Under the pieces are notes generated by a model. It was given only the letters and a program-made list of their open reading frames with translations. It was not told the DNA's origin and searched no databases. The position numbers and the translations under genes are program-made. Positions 12,301-27,300 of a stretch of DNA of 64,000 nt are shown here, one piece after another. Numbering within the stretch: the first letter of the stretch is position 1; each line of letters opens with the position of its first letter. The DNA is from Diplonema japonicum (lineage: Eukaryota; Protista; Euglenozoa: Diplonemea): the NCBI GenBank assembly GCA_964019335.1, contig OZ025701.1, positions 1-64,000 on the forward strand. The letters run 5' to 3'.

Positions 12301-15300
12301 AGCTACCCAATTGCCACGCCAACCAAGGAACCCCACCGAGTCGTCAACAACGGCGACTCTCAGGCTTGTGTCAATTTCTTTATCCACTAGATTGTTCACC
12401 ATGGTCTGCATCTCCCACTCTTTGTTTGGTGGTGTCCAAATAGATTTTCCCGACACGATAGTTTTCGCGCCTGCACGCAAAACGCTAGCATCACCGACGA
12501 GGATCTCACTGTACAGCAGCAGCCGGTATTCAAACTCATGACGCTCTCTTAGGTTTGCGACGTAGTTGCCGCTGTCAATAAACCTGAAGCCCAACGACTG
12601 ACTAGGGTCTGGTGTTATGAACGAATAGGAGGCTTGCTGCCTCAAAGCGGTACTTTCGTACAAGTTTACGCCCGCCTCGGCCCTCCCAAGTACTGCTTCT
12701 GCGTTCCAAACACGCACAATTGAGGCAGGCCCTGTGTATCTGTGGTAGTAACTTATCTTGTACGACGTCTCGTTGAACCAATTGTACGTCCCGTCCTGGA
12801 AGCAGTTTACCTCTGCTGCACCAGCTGTTGGACACGACTCAGAGATTCCAAAATTCCCATCGCAACAAAAAGCTGGTCGCACGTTCGTCATTCGCGCCCG
12901 TGTCCCAAGCAGCTGTCTAGTTCGGGTGTGATCACATACCAGTGTGCACGAATCTCTGAATGCAGCACTAGCAGCACCTAGCCACCTTCCTGACTCTGCG
13001 TCATGGTAGACGCACTTGTACACACCCTCACCTTCTGAAGGCTCTCTGAACTCCCACCCCTTTACAGTAATTGGTATCGGCGACCCTGCAGGCTGTTCTT
13101 CGGGTTCGATCCACGCCAGCCTCGAGTTCCCAATGTACGTAGTGCTACAGTCCGCGATGTGCATTTCGTGGTGTAGAGTATCGAGAGTGAGATCAGCACA
13201 CTCTTTCGCACCGCCCTTGCACAAGACTTTGAAGTCGAGTATAAATTTCAGCTCCTCTAAAGACGTAGGGCCTGTCTTCTTAAAAGTGATGTTTCTTCCG
13301 GCCATGCCGGAGGCCTTTATTCTCAAGAACTCAAAAGCATACAAGTCCTGGTCGTTCACGGAGGTCACCCCTCCTTCAACCACTACAATTGACACCTTCG
13401 TGACGGGGTCCTTCAACCCTTCAGGTAACGTGCTCAAATCAAGCTCAACACGCACCTGCAAGGCAGCAAGGTTCACAAGGTTGCCAGCGCCATCCTTTAC
13501 GGCGATGCTAGGCTGTCTAGTGAGAATGTTCCTGTTGTTCGAGAAGGGGGGTGGTGTTGTGACAAAAGCGACCGTCTTGGGTCTACCGGCAACGACCACA
13601 AGCTCCACGGGATCAGACCGAATCACGGCACCACTGCTGAGCAAATACGTAGCCTGCAACATGTAGCACCCAAGTGCTGGTTTACTGCCTGAAATCCCTT
13701 TGAACACAGCACGACCATTTTCTACGGCAGCTGAGGGTCTTTCTGCAAAGGGGAACCTCTGCACGGTGGTGGACACCGGGCAAGGCTCAGATGACGTTTC
13801 AAGTGTGACATTAGCATCTAGCCATCGCTGTCCTAATGCACCTACAAAGTTTGAGACACTATCCGTAAATCTAAACAGCAAGGTCGCTAAGGTCACAACA
13901 CCCAAGTCATCTGGCTGCACCACGCTCAGCACAGCGCCAGTGCAGGGGTTGCACACAAAGTACCCTTCTAACCTAACAGGTTCTCCGACAAAGAGGAACT
14001 GTTGCTTGTTCTCAGAATATGCCTGGCCATCTAGCGTGAGCTCAATGGTGGTCCTCACAGGGAAGGGATCTTGCGGAGGATCGAACTTACATATGACTGT
14101 GGTCCCCATGTAAACTGCTGGATAGAAGCTGCCGTTGATTGTACATAAGATGTACTCAGTGTCAAGGAAGCCAGCACCGGGGATGGTGATTTCGACGCTT
14201 TTGTCAGCGTAGCTGTAGCTGAAGACTTGCAGGTCTCTGCGTTGTTCATCGACGGAATAAGAATTGGAGATAGGTCCATGCTTAGGAAGGATCATGGTCT
14301 CACTGGGAAGCTTCGAGCTGTCTGTAACATCAAAAACAGCGGGTGTCCCGATCCTGCGCACCTGGGTTGCCGTGTCGGTGAAGCGATGCTCGTGCCGTGT
14401 GATAGAAACCTCTAGGCTCAACGTGTCACAAGAGCTGTACGAGCTGGGCTTTGTGCTAGAGCACAAAATGGTGTTCGCGTCCACAAATGTCCCATTGCTG
14501 ATGGTGTCTCCCATTCGGCACATGGGGGCGTATTGCCCGTTTAAGTCTGTGAACCCAGCGCCCCTCACAGTCACAACAGTGCCCGCCTTAGGAGCGTCCA
14601 CGACATTCGGTGTAATGCTCTCTACATCGTACAAATTGAAAATGGTAATGAGGGTCCTATTCACGGGACACAAAAGTAAAAGAGCTCTTCTAAACGGGTC
14701 CAACTCCATAGCTGCCACCTGCTCTACCTCGTTTTGTGTATGGCCGTAGCCAAGACTTCGCTGCAGAACGTCAGGAGAGGACCCCAAGTCTTCGAAGTCG
14801 ATGCGTACCTTGTACAGGGAAGAAGGGTTGGCATCGACACCACCAACGGCCACATAAAGCATGCCTGTGAAAGGGTCGATTTGCATGCCGCCCAAGCCAT
14901 ATGGTGCCGCGTGCAGCCCCACGAGATTTACGTCTTGGACCTTAAGATTATTTAGTATCAATGGCTGGACTGCGAGACTCGCGACCCCTTGCACCATTGT
15001 GCGTATTAACAGCACACCGTGCGTGTAGTTCAACGGGACGTACCTCTCCATCAAAATGCAGTCGATCATAACACAAGCTACTGGGACCACACCGCTCACG
15101 CTTTGATATTCAAACGAGTTTACTGCCGGAAGGAAAATCTTCAAAATATTCTTGACCCCTTGGTCAGTTGTGCCGAATACCAAAGCCACAGGCGCCGAGT
15201 CCCACTCATTGATGTACATAGAATCCACGGCAGCAAGGGAACTTATGGTATTACACTTCACGCAATGTGTGAACACACCTGTTTCCCATTCCGCAAGGAA

Positions 15301-18300
15301 AGGAGATGTATCGAGATCGAGACATGAAATTATGTAATTCACTGTCTTGTCTGCGGCTGTGTGCTTGATAAGCGCGTACACAGCTTTGTTCTTCTCGATG
15401 AAACCCCAGTTCATGATCTCCACTTTTTCACCCTCCATGAAGGGTACGAACAAGGAAAACTCTGTGCTTTGCTGAGGGATGTCCTCTGGCACAGAGCCAG
15501 TGCGAAGGAGGTATGACACCGCTCCATCATACACCACATAGTAGATGTGGTCGTAGTACTGGAATACACCAAGCACAGCATTGCCTCTCTTCTCACCACT
15601 GATCGTTGCGTACGCGGAGAAGTGGTTCATCTGTTGCAGCTCGAGTGTATGACGAAATACTTGTACCCACACCTCAACGTAGAGGTCTTCAGGATTGCTT
15701 ACGTATCCTGCACTCACGAACAAGTATTCATTTTGGTCCTGCATTCTCAATGCCTCCACGTTCGCAGCATCGCTTTGAAGCCACTGCTGAGCTTCCACGA
15801 ACTGTCCCTCGCGCCTCAGCTCGAGAAGTAGTGTTGTAGTGTGATACGTGCAACCAGGAAGCCCATGTAAAGCAGAGCTGGTAGGCGGCCTGCTCCTTTT
15901 GCCCTTCGTGGGAATTGTTCCAAAGAAATCCTGTGACCTGCCGATACCAGGTTCACCAAGGGTAGATACCTTCAACACGCAGTGTCCTGTGTCGTTCCTG
16001 CTATACCCCTGTGCACACATTCTGCACGAAGAGCCTGCATAGAACCCTATCTGTAAGTCTTGGTAGCAGATGCATTCTCCGTCAGACGTGCACCTTCCAC
16101 GTAAATTGCACCAACACTCGCTCACGCAGTTCGTTTGCTCCTCGTAGTAGAAAGTATCGCAAGCACTACACTGTTTAACTGCAGCTTCACTATCCCTGGC
16201 TGTTGGTTCCAGAGTCATCATGTTCCAGTCCCCTTCATAACCGTTGCCCCAGTTCCCTTCACAGGAACACGCAACATATGGCTCATCTAGGTTCTGAATG
16301 CACTGTCCATGTCCGCTGCACGTAGTCATGCTCGAGCACTCCTCCTGACACCTCGGTCCATAGTATGTGTCGTCACAGTTGCATTCACCGTTTGAACTGC
16401 AGACACCATGCCCGTTGCAAGTTGTAGACGCTGTGCAGAACTTGTTGCACAAGTCAACGGGGTAGTAGCCTTCTGCGCAATCACGGCAATTTTCACCAGC
16501 AAACGAAGCCACATCAGACGAGCAGCCGAGAGCGGCTATGCACGTGCCTGTTGATGTATCGCACATCCCCACCGGAACGTTGCAGGTACAGTCAAACGTG
16601 CAGTCAGGTCCCCATTTACCTGTGGAACACTCACTACAATCGGTGTTTTTGTTCCAATTGGCTTCGCAACTGCAGCTTCCATCCTCCCAACACGTGCCGT
16701 GTCCACTGCAGTTCAAAACAGGGTTACAAACAACATCGCACGCAACGCCGTGTCTTGAGTACCCTTCGTCCATAGGGTGGCAGAGGCACATCTTCCTCAG
16801 GTTACCAGTAGAAGGGTCGGAAACGCACTGCCCGAGGTCAGGATCACATGTTGTCGAATTACAAATACTTGGCGAGTACTCCGTGCAAGACTCACCACTC
16901 CACCTGTATTTGCACTCTCTGCAGTAGCTTCCCGTCCAGTATCCATCGTCAGTAGACGTTTCACATTCGCCTAATTTCGTGCTAGAGTCAAAGTTTCCCC
17001 TTGGCACATGTTCCACTTTCAATTCGTAATCAATAGCACCATCAAACGACAAGACTCTCACAACTGCGAACCCTGCTGTGCGGGGAACAACCACATTGCA
17101 ATGAGTCACTGGACCTTCAACGGCGTCTGGAAGATCTTCGATGCAAGCAGGAACCTTGAACAGGCTGCGCTCTACCGGAGTTGAGATCATTGTGGTGTCC
17201 GCGAACTCTAGCAACTGGCTGTCAGGGTATCTCGAAGTATCGACTTCAACCGCTTGCATATCTGCTAAGAGTTCTCTACCTTTTCGTCCAAAACCACCAG
17301 GAATTGGTGGTGTGGGACCAGGTGGCAGGGTTAAATCAGGAGGCACATCAATTACAACGGGCACAGCAGGCTCTGCCTCAGGTGTGACCACGGATGTGTC
17401 GTTTGTCTGTGGTACGTCAGACGTGCCATTTGACTGTGGCGCATCAGTGCCATTTGCCTGTAGCACATCAGACGTGTCATTTGCCTGTGGTACATCAGAA
17501 GTGTCGTTTGCCTGTGGCGCATCAGACGTGCCATTTGACTGTGGCGCATCAGACGTGTCATTTGCTTGTGGCATATTAGACGGGTCATTCTGTGGTACCG
17601 GCTGTGGGGTACTTTGGTCGGGCGGAGGAGGCATAGGGTTTGGCATCTTGGGGTCAGGCGGAGGAGGCATAGGGTTTGGCTCGGGTGTAAGCGGTGCCTC
17701 TGTCTGAGGGTTATCAACTTGGCCACTCGACTCCCCCACGATTACATGGAGTCCCACATTTGCAAAAGGATCGCCATTTAGCTCTGTTTCTTGTCGCACC
17801 TTGTCTAGATCATCAGCAATATCGTTTGGCGCTACGTCCCTCTGTGCTTTGAATACAACATCACTGGTTACTATAATCGCATGTGTTGCCAAAGTACCAG
17901 CGTGCCTCATTGCACTGTAGATGTCTGTAACGCTCCCCATGCCATCTACTTCTTGTACCTTAGTCACCGTGACCTTAGCATCGTCTAATACCACTGATAG
18001 CCCTGACTCCCACTTTTTGCGGAAGTCCTCTGTTGCAGCCTGTTCAGCTGTGATACCCGAAATTGTGACCTGTGATGTGGCATGGACTTCGCAGCAGTCT
18101 GACGCGTCGCACGAGAAGGTAGCACAATACACATCAGTGTTGGAAACGGGGTAGAAGCCATCATTAAAACAGCGTGATGCTGAGTAGGTGGTACATTTGG
18201 GCTTCTCAGGTTCGATGGTAACACGCAAGTGAGGGGCATCATCTGAAACAGTAATAGTACTCGTCGTGCACCCCACCGTCATTGATGTGCACGCCGCGCC

Positions 18301-21300
18301 CCAGTCAGTACTGTATTCTCGTGACTTGTAGGAAGGAATGCAACAGTCAGCGGCTGTACATCCAGACGTCACGGCAAATGCGACAGATCCATCCCAAGAA
18401 GCTGCGCTTACCTTTGTCTTTAACCAGTCTGCAATCGAGAATTCAGCCTTAGAGCCCTGCTTTGGGGGTCGCTGCAGCCATGTGCTAATGGGAGAACCCA
18501 GTGGATAGAGCCCTGCAAGAGTATCAACACCAAAAAGACCAACCTCAGGGAATCCGGACCACTTGCTCAGTTCATAAACATTAACTGGTGTATCGGTGCA
18601 GTGCTGTGTGCTCTCAGCATACTCATCCAATACCAATACTGCATTAATAATATCCATCCCAGCAGTGAGGTCGAGCCCAGTCCATGCGATGATCATTACG
18701 TTTGTGCCCCCGAGATTGATAGGTGCCTCCGAGGCACCGCAGCAATAGCCACTTTCCGTTGCACATCCAGTACTTTGAATGCAGAGCGCTTCATTAGGTG
18801 AACCGGCGAACGAGGAATCCCCCACTACATAGCACGTTACACCGCTGGTACTGGACGTACACTCGCTGAAGTCCTCAATAATGGTGTCGCTTGCAGCTGT
18901 GTAGTAGTATACTTTGTTTTGTGCATTTGTCTCGCACGCAATGCCACCACGTTCGCCCTTGCAGTCGCATTCACCGTCGCCATAGATACCTTCATTGCAC
19001 GAGTACCCGTTACACACCTTGCCTTTGTAGGTAGGACATGCTGACGCACACTTCGGGCCGTAATATCCCGCTTGGCACCCTTCACAGTCATTCTTCAATG
19101 CGTCTGCTTGTTCTTCCCAAACCCCAATCGTTCGTGGCCAATGTTCCCTCCAAGCGAACCCACCAGGACGGTACATCTCATATCCCACCATTCCAGGAAA
19201 CGCGCCCGTTGCAAGGCGTTTCTCGTTGCCTTTCGTGCCCATATCTAGCAAGCCTGTACCTAAGTTCCACACAGGCACACCTGCACGGCTCATTCTTGCA
19301 TCAACCCACAAGCTGTGGAATCCTGTGAACCACCAACCTGTAGAAGGTTTAGACCACTGAGCTGTCTCACTGTACTCGGCATTGTCGGGGTGGTTGTACC
19401 TCGGGTAGATGAAATCTTTCATGTTTCGCATTGCGCTTGGAATAGCGTGAGTGGTGTTGTCGCAACCTGCTTTGCAAGACGTGGTGCCAACTGGACCGAC
19501 ACCATCGCAGCACAACTCGTCGTGGTCCCATCCCCAGAACTTACGTTGCAAAACGCATTCTTTGCAACCAGGTACGCTTGATACCATACGGGCTACAGCG
19601 TGCGAAGGGTCCGAGGCATTGAAGGCAGGAGCACCGTTGACGACATCTTCGCAGCATTGCACGCTGCGTGGTACCCCAACGCCGTCTGTCTCGCTTCCCC
19701 TGTGCTGTATCTTCACGTCATTTCCTGACAACGTTGTGACATAGAGTGCTCTTGGGCACCCACTGTATGCTGGGATGTTAACACCAGCAGTTAATACCTT
19801 GCCTTGAAACACCATCTTGCTACCTGGTGGCCAGCAGTCGTCGTCTGCCAGGTCAGTGTATGCCCAGAACAGCACATTAGTATTCCACAAGGTAAGGTCG
19901 TAGATGTGGACTGCGTCGCCAGGTTCCCACACTGTCTTCGAAGCCCATGTTTTCGTAGCAAAATCATATTCCGTGAACATGAGCACCTGTCTGTCCCTCG
20001 TGTGGTCATGAGTATTAGCCCTGGTTTCCATGAAACCTCTGTTTGACAGCCCTGTCTCGTGTTTTACCCAAAAGAACCTGTTGTCGCTGATAACTAGGGT
20101 CCACGTTGGATCTTGTGGGTATTCAGTGTCGTTCACTGGGGTGTGGACCCTACCCAGATGCACACCTAGCTCGGCTTCAGTATCGTTGCCGTCCCACCAC
20201 CACAAGTCGGTAATGCCTCTGTTCTTGTTCAAGCATCTGAATGATTTCTGATACTGGTGAAGAGGTGATGCCTTTTTCGGGTCGCTTGCATCACAACCGG
20301 CTGCTTCTAGGCACACGTCGTCAATGGGGCTAGCGGGTTCGCCGAGTGAAAGGAGGATAAAAGCGTCCGTACCTTCGTTATTCCTGATAACAACAGGCTT
20401 AAAATAGCCTTTGTCCAGCGGGGGAATAGAAGGGATAAGTGCTACAGTGTTCCCATTGCTGTCTTTATAAGACAGATCAAAACCTATTTTGTAATCGTTC
20501 CCGTTGTCGTTTATTTTGTACCCGTAGATAATCGTGTCCTCTGTGCTATCTGCAAAGTAGAACACAACGAAGTCGTTGAAGTAAGTGAAGCCTGGATGTC
20601 CCTGAGGGTGATGGCACGGCCCGATGTTTGGCTCCTCCGGATCAATCACACTTTGTGAGGAAGAATCACTGATGATGACACTGAATGAGGTTGGCACAGC
20701 GTACCTGTACGGGTGCTTCAAAGGCTTCGAGGCGTGCTCCCCCGTCAACTGGTCATACCCCTCAGCGCTGGGCGACTTTGTAAAACTCTCAGTCTCTGCT
20801 TTGACACCTAAGAAAAATATCACGTCGCGCTTGCTGTTTTTCCTCGCTATAGTAGTGACGTAAGAGGGGAAAATAATTTCTTCTGCAATGCGCAGAGGGG
20901 CCTTAGGTTTTCCGGTAGCTGAAATTACCTCTGACATCCACAACCCTGGTGCCCTGTTGCTCTCAGATGGCTCCTGGGCCAGCGAACTGGGACTGTCACC
21001 ACCACCACTTGTGCCCACAAATAACAAGACTTCAGAGGCAATCTCACCACACAGTCCTGAGTTGCAGTTCGGGTTTCTCATCTTCGCGAGCTCCTTCGCT
21101 CGAGTAAAGACTTTCATACTGAATGCATTGGACCTCACAATAGTGGAAGCACCCCACTTCCCACGAGAGACACCTGTAATCTTAGGGAACTCACTCGTCC
21201 CAAGTCGTGCCTCTGTCTGTGACTGAGTAGAGAATGTGTCGTCTTCCTCGATGCCGTCCTGGAAGCCGGTGACTCCCTCACGGCCTGGCGTGTGGCCTGG

Positions 21301-24300
21301 TGTTCCTTTCGTGAAAAACACCTCTCTGCTACCTTGGAATACCTCCTCGGCACTGCTGCAGGGAGGTGATGCATCGCTGCTTGACTCCCAGTCTGTATGG
21401 GCCAAGAAGTACATCCACTCCCCGATTTGGGTGAAATCGATGGGGTCTTGGAAAATAGCAGAATCAGAACATGGACAGTGCCCAAACCTCCCGTCAGGGT
21501 CGTTCATATGCCCCTGGAATGTGTTCAGCTTTTGCTCTTGCAGCTCTTTCCATGTGGTGCGTTCTTCATCAGCCAACTCGAACTGTTTACGCGCTACGTC
21601 AATCTGCGGCTGTAGCATTTCAAGGCTGTTCTCGATTTCAGCTATCTCTCGCCTGATATCCTCCTTCTCGTCGCAGCTCAATATAGGCTGTGAGAGTGAC
21701 AGCTCCAATTGTTGTTTTTGTCCATTAAAATCTGATTCTGTTTGATTCAGAGTATCATAGATCGTCTTCTTTTCACTCCAAATACGCGATGCTTCTTGCA
21801 GACCGCGGGTTATGCTTTCTTCGCTATCCTGGAATCTTGTCTCCGTCATCCCACACTGGCAAGCTGCTGACGCTGGGTACGGTGGCTGCTGGTCTAGACA
21901 TGCTGTGGACTTGCCTGTTCTGCCAGAAAGCAGCTCCGAAGCGTACCTCCTCACCTTTCGAACAGCTGTCGACGATGGGGTACCTATTTCCTTGACGCCG
22001 AGTATGGTATCCGCAGTCCACATCCCATAGAAAGGATGCCCGGATTGAAGGCTTGTAAGGTGGTCATCTTGCAATGGAAGAAACAGCCTGGTAGGCTGGT
22101 GGTTGCCCTTTGACTGTATCACAAGGCGTGGTCGTAGCGTCTCGTTGACAGAAGCAGCAGAGTGGTAAGTTGGTACGCACACACTATCTTCATGGGGCTC
22201 AATCACAATCGAAAAAGACAGGTCCATTTGGTCATACACCTTGCTATTGAGGTGCTGCGTGATACTTTTTAACCAGTCGGTGATGACAATCACATTCACT
22301 GTGTTGTTCTCAATAGTCGTTAGCGGGTAGTTCGCAATGGGGCCGTAGAAGCGCGCTTCTTTCAAACTAAGACAGGTTTGAAGGTCCGGTATATCCGTGA
22401 GATTCTTGGTTTCCAGATCCGTAGCTGACCATGTGTAGTTCAACGAATACACAGGTGTCACGCACTGCGCCGCCTCACAATACAAGATGTCTACCGTGTC
22501 ACGATCGGACTCTGCATTCTGCTTGGATACGCAGTCGCAAATTTCGCCATTCTTTGCGAGACCGAGCACACCACAGTCTGGAGCTGCAACTCCACACACA
22601 GTGCTTGCATTTTTGCATCTTCCCCAGCTGCACACAAAACCTTCATCACAGCGACACATCCCAAAGTGCTCAGAAGAACTGTCGTTCGCAAATGCAGCAT
22701 TCACACCGCACCCATTCGCTGGCTCCCGCGACCTTGGATTAAGTATGTTGCAAAGAGCCTTACAGCCATTGTTTGATGAGGCTGGATCACTTGGGTTTGT
22801 GCCAAGGCACTGGTTGTTCAACCACAAGCAACACCCCATGCCAGTACATTCGGCTTCCGTGTCAAACGCTAGACAGAAGGTCGCCTGATCATCAGCCGGT
22901 AGTCCAATGGTGGCTGGCTGCGTAGCATAAACATGCAGCCTCGGAGTACCACTGCACGGCGTTGAGTCTGCTTGGGTGAGCTCTATTGCTGCGTACGTTA
23001 CAGCATCTTTTCCAGGTACATCCATACCCTTCCACTGCACGTAGGCACGGAAAGCTTCGCCTGTCGTGCCATTCATGGTTACCTCCTTATGGTGCGGGTT
23101 GTCATATACGCCATTCTCAACCTCATCTTGTGTGAGAAATGTAGACAGTGTCGCGGGTGTCCTCGTTACAGTCCTCGGCACAGCCGCCCACGTATCTGTG
23201 CATTTGCAGTTGTCCCCTGTATCCTGATCACAGAATCCTTGGCCGGAGCAGCATTCTCGGTCGCAAGCCTTTCCCCAACGCCCTTCTGAACACACGCATT
23301 CAGCATCACCGCTTGTTTTGTTGAACAAACATGTACCTTCTCCATGGCACACGGGCGAGAGCTCTCCAGGGACCCCAGACAAAACAGTCTCCTGTCCCGG
23401 ACAGGAGACAAAGGCCACGGATAAATCAGCATCAGTTGTACCGCCACTCGTTGTGATGCGTGTATTGAGGTGCGTCTCGGGTTGGGTTTCGACTACGAAG
23501 AAATGACGTTTGCCAGGTGGCAGCTTATGTGCAGCACTTGTGCTATAAGAGGTGGTCTTGAAGTTGGCGAAGGAACTAGCCCTGCACCCTTGCAACATGT
23601 CGTAGCCTGGCAAGCACTGCGCGCAGTCGTGTCTGAAGTCGAACATGCCTTTGTCCAATGACATGACACATGTACAGTAGCTCCTAGGACTGATCTTCTG
23701 TGAGTCGGTATGTGTGATGCAATCATCGGTGCCAGCACAGCACAGACCAGCCCCATTGCAGCAAGGCTGGAACAGGTTAGCTACAATATTAATATTCATG
23801 AATGCTGCAATGTCGACATGCACTCCCAAAAATGCCTTGTTGGGGTCCATTACTATTGCGCACGATGCCGTATTCTTTGTTGCTGAACTCTTGCAGTCAA
23901 CGAAACACGAGTCGCCATACTCACTGTTCTTGCCGCACTCTGTGTCAGACACAAAGATGTTCGGAGATGTGATTGACAATCCAGTTGGCTGATGAACAAA
24001 TCTAATTTTGAATACTCCCGACATGCTGATGCCCATATTTTGGAACACGAACCAACCATCTTTTGCAAAAACGCCCCGTGCAGTCTCACCTGTCAGCACA
24101 GCCGAAGTGACTTCAGTGCAATCCTCAGGGCTTCTGATAGCATTTTCTAACTCTGCTGCATTTGTCCAAGGCGCAAGCGTTGCCTTGCAAGTACTTGCTG
24201 CGTCGCTCAAAGGGCTGCCGCACTGCAGTAGAACAGCATGCACGGGTTCCGTGAGGAACACCTGGGCGTTATTCTCGTCAAAAACCCCTACTGTGTAGGA

Positions 24301-27300
24301 GAGCGTCCTGCTGGCACTTGTGATCTCCTTACGTTCAAGTTTCATATTAATGTGCCAAGCCATTGAATGGGGGAAACCCTTTTGGAGCCCGGGGAACACA
24401 TTGGCGATTATGTCCACAACAACCCCAGAATCTCGTACAATCAACACACTGTGTTCTTGGAACACGAGAAGAGGAAACTCGTCTTCACCGTGCTCATAAA
24501 TGCAACTTGCTCCTTTTGCTCCCTGCTGCTGTTGACCCTCTAAAGTGTCTGTGCCGTATCCACCGGGGATGCTATCAGGCAGTTGTGTCCCTCTTGGTAG
24601 TGCAACATCGGCAGGGATGTCCTCCGTCTGAGGGTTTTCGGGCAGAGCGCTCAAATCGTATTCAGCGTTGGTCTCATCCCCTGTCTCGGCAGGTAGTGTC
24701 GCCTCAGTCGAGATGCCTGTTACCATCCTACCGTAAGCAACGGCAGTGATGCGAGCGACTATCGAGTTATTGAAAAAGTCGGTAACAGTAGCATTTTGAA
24801 TGTACTTATTGATGATGTAGGTGGCTTCTGTGCAGGTAGAGTAGTCATTAGTGTCGGTACATGAGGCTGGATAGCTGCCCTCAGTCACGCGCCATGACTG
24901 CAGGGCGTTGCCGTAGAGCCTAACACCTGAATCGTGACTAGTTTCGCAGTCGCGAGTGCAGTACTCCACTGGCTGTGAGTCATACTCTGTTCCGTTGCAG
25001 CACAGCATGCCAGTGATGTTGACGTGTCGCACGGTTTGATTCTTCACCATCACCAGCATATCGCCCATAGTGAACATCGCGTCCCATCTCCCAACATATT
25101 GGTCCCCCTTTGAAACACAGTTGTCGCGCAACCACTGCGATGACTTGTTGAACTGGTCGAGGCATTCTTCGGTCATCAAGTAGTCTGCCCGCATGGCGTT
25201 TGGCCTGCTGAACTGGTCGGCAAGGGACACGTCATTGAAGACCTCCATGAACTCGATCCCTTCATAGTTCTGCCAATAAGTACCGTCGGGCGTCGCCATG
25301 AACAGGCCTTCAATTCTATCCCAGCCCGTGAACTGCCCGATGCTTGACACAGACCAGGGCCGCCCAAAATCAGGGTCACCGTTCACCCAGCATGTCCTGT
25401 CGCCTTTTACGAACACCAGGTAGTCCCTCGTCGCGTATGAGCCGCAGGCACTACTTGAATCGTAGCCTGATTTCCCTACTGCAGGGTCCTGCCAGAATAT
25501 AACGTCATCATAGTCCCTATACCACTCGTCCCCAAAGTACTCTTTGCACCTGTCAAGGTCAACCTCCTTGTAGTAGTCGTCTACCTCGTGGAAACTATCC
25601 ATGGTGAACTTCTCTGTTGTGCTTGCGTACGTGTAGAGGTGCACTAAGTTGCCTACAAACACGTGCAAATATTTCTTCCCAGTGAAGCTACTTACACCTG
25701 GTTGTGGCCCGTAGTATGCTGCATCGACCTCAAAGGCAGCGCGGCCTTCGAATGGTAAAGGACGGTGTTTCAGGGAAGGCTTGTCAGTGACAGCTGTCAA
25801 GCGGAAGCCATTCAGTACTTCACGAAGGTCGACATCGGAGTAACTTGTGAAGGAAACTGTAGCTTCGGAGTTGTGGTACACCTTCCAAAGAGGCGGCTGG
25901 AAAGTTGTGTCCGACAATGTGAACGAAGTCTCGAAGTCAAAGGCCATGATGCTTGCCGTCTCATTGCAGTAGGCACCCATTTTCCCAGATCCGCACGTTT
26001 CGCATTGATCACCTTCGTATGACCCCGCACAGTCACATGCATTTTGTGTGCTGTCTACAGTACCGTAATTCCTGCACTTTCCTGTGCATCTTTTCATTGT
26101 GCTTGTTTCGTCCTGAGGGAAGTACCCCTCAGCGCAGCCTTTGCAATTCGACTCTGGAGAGAAGAAGCCTGTTTCATCGCTCGAGGGGCAGACGCAGATT
26201 ACCTGGTTCTGAGCATCCCAACCACAAGTTCCTTCTGGGAAGCAGTCACACCACATGTGTTCAGATGTTGGTGGGCTGTCCTGACAGATACGAAGTGACC
26301 ACACTACGCCACTTGCCGCTGCGACCTGGACCTCAAAAGGACCACATCCACGTAGGCGGCACCTCTCATATTTAGAGACACTTGTGCCCATCCCGCTACC
26401 GCAGTGCCACGTGTCCGGGCCTTGTGATTGGCCACCGCTCCATAGCAGTACACCTCCAACACTAGCTCCAAAAGTCGCGTTCACACCACGCAACCCGACT
26501 ACAATGGAATAGTCGGAAGAAGGAGCTGAGTTGTTCATGATTTGGTAGCCGCTCCCAACCCCGGTGATCTCTACGCAGTAACGCCCCGTGACACTGCACA
26601 GTTCGGCGTCGTCTTCGTCGCACTCGATGTATCTGCTGTCGCAGGAGTCGCAGGACCCTTTGGGGCAGGAAACTTGTGAGACAACCTCACTGTCGACACC
26701 CAATGGTGGGGGGAGCGGACATGTCCAGCAGCCAAATTCGTTGGTGGGATTGAAAGTGCACAAGCTACGTGTCTCAGCGTTCTGACGGGCACAGTTTGTG
26801 CCATCATAGTGGTCGTCCGCCGAACAGGCATCGCCGTAGGGATCGGAGAGGTATTGGAAGGTGGTACAGTCTAAAGGAGGGATGATGAGTTCATTAGGAC
26901 AAAGGTAGCAACCAAACACGTTGAAGTCACGGTCTAACTCGCAGACTGCATCCGGCGAGTCAACTGAGCACGCTACCCCGATGTCGGACATCTCACTGCA
27001 GCCGTACTGGTCTTCGACTTCTAAGAATTCCACACTAAAGCATTCAAGACCGTATTCCTGACACCGGTAGCAACCAAAACCACCGGAAGCATCTGCGGCA
27101 CAAAGAGCATCACCGTAAACTGAACTGCATGAAGCACCTACGGATGCTAAGCTGCATCCTGGGCTCTCGTCGTCAACACTTTCGTACTCATCAGTGCTGC
27201 ATAGCAACAACGTTGACAATGCTACTGCTGACATTGCATTTGATCGGAGGTTGCGGGACTTCTTTAGCTTCGTGTTGCAACTGCAACGCGGCTCGCATAC

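Noticed and set aside
17395-17680. Regular short repeats resembling a CRISPR array
   Set aside because: They are in-frame coding repeats without unique spacers, there are no cas genes, and the context is eukaryotic.
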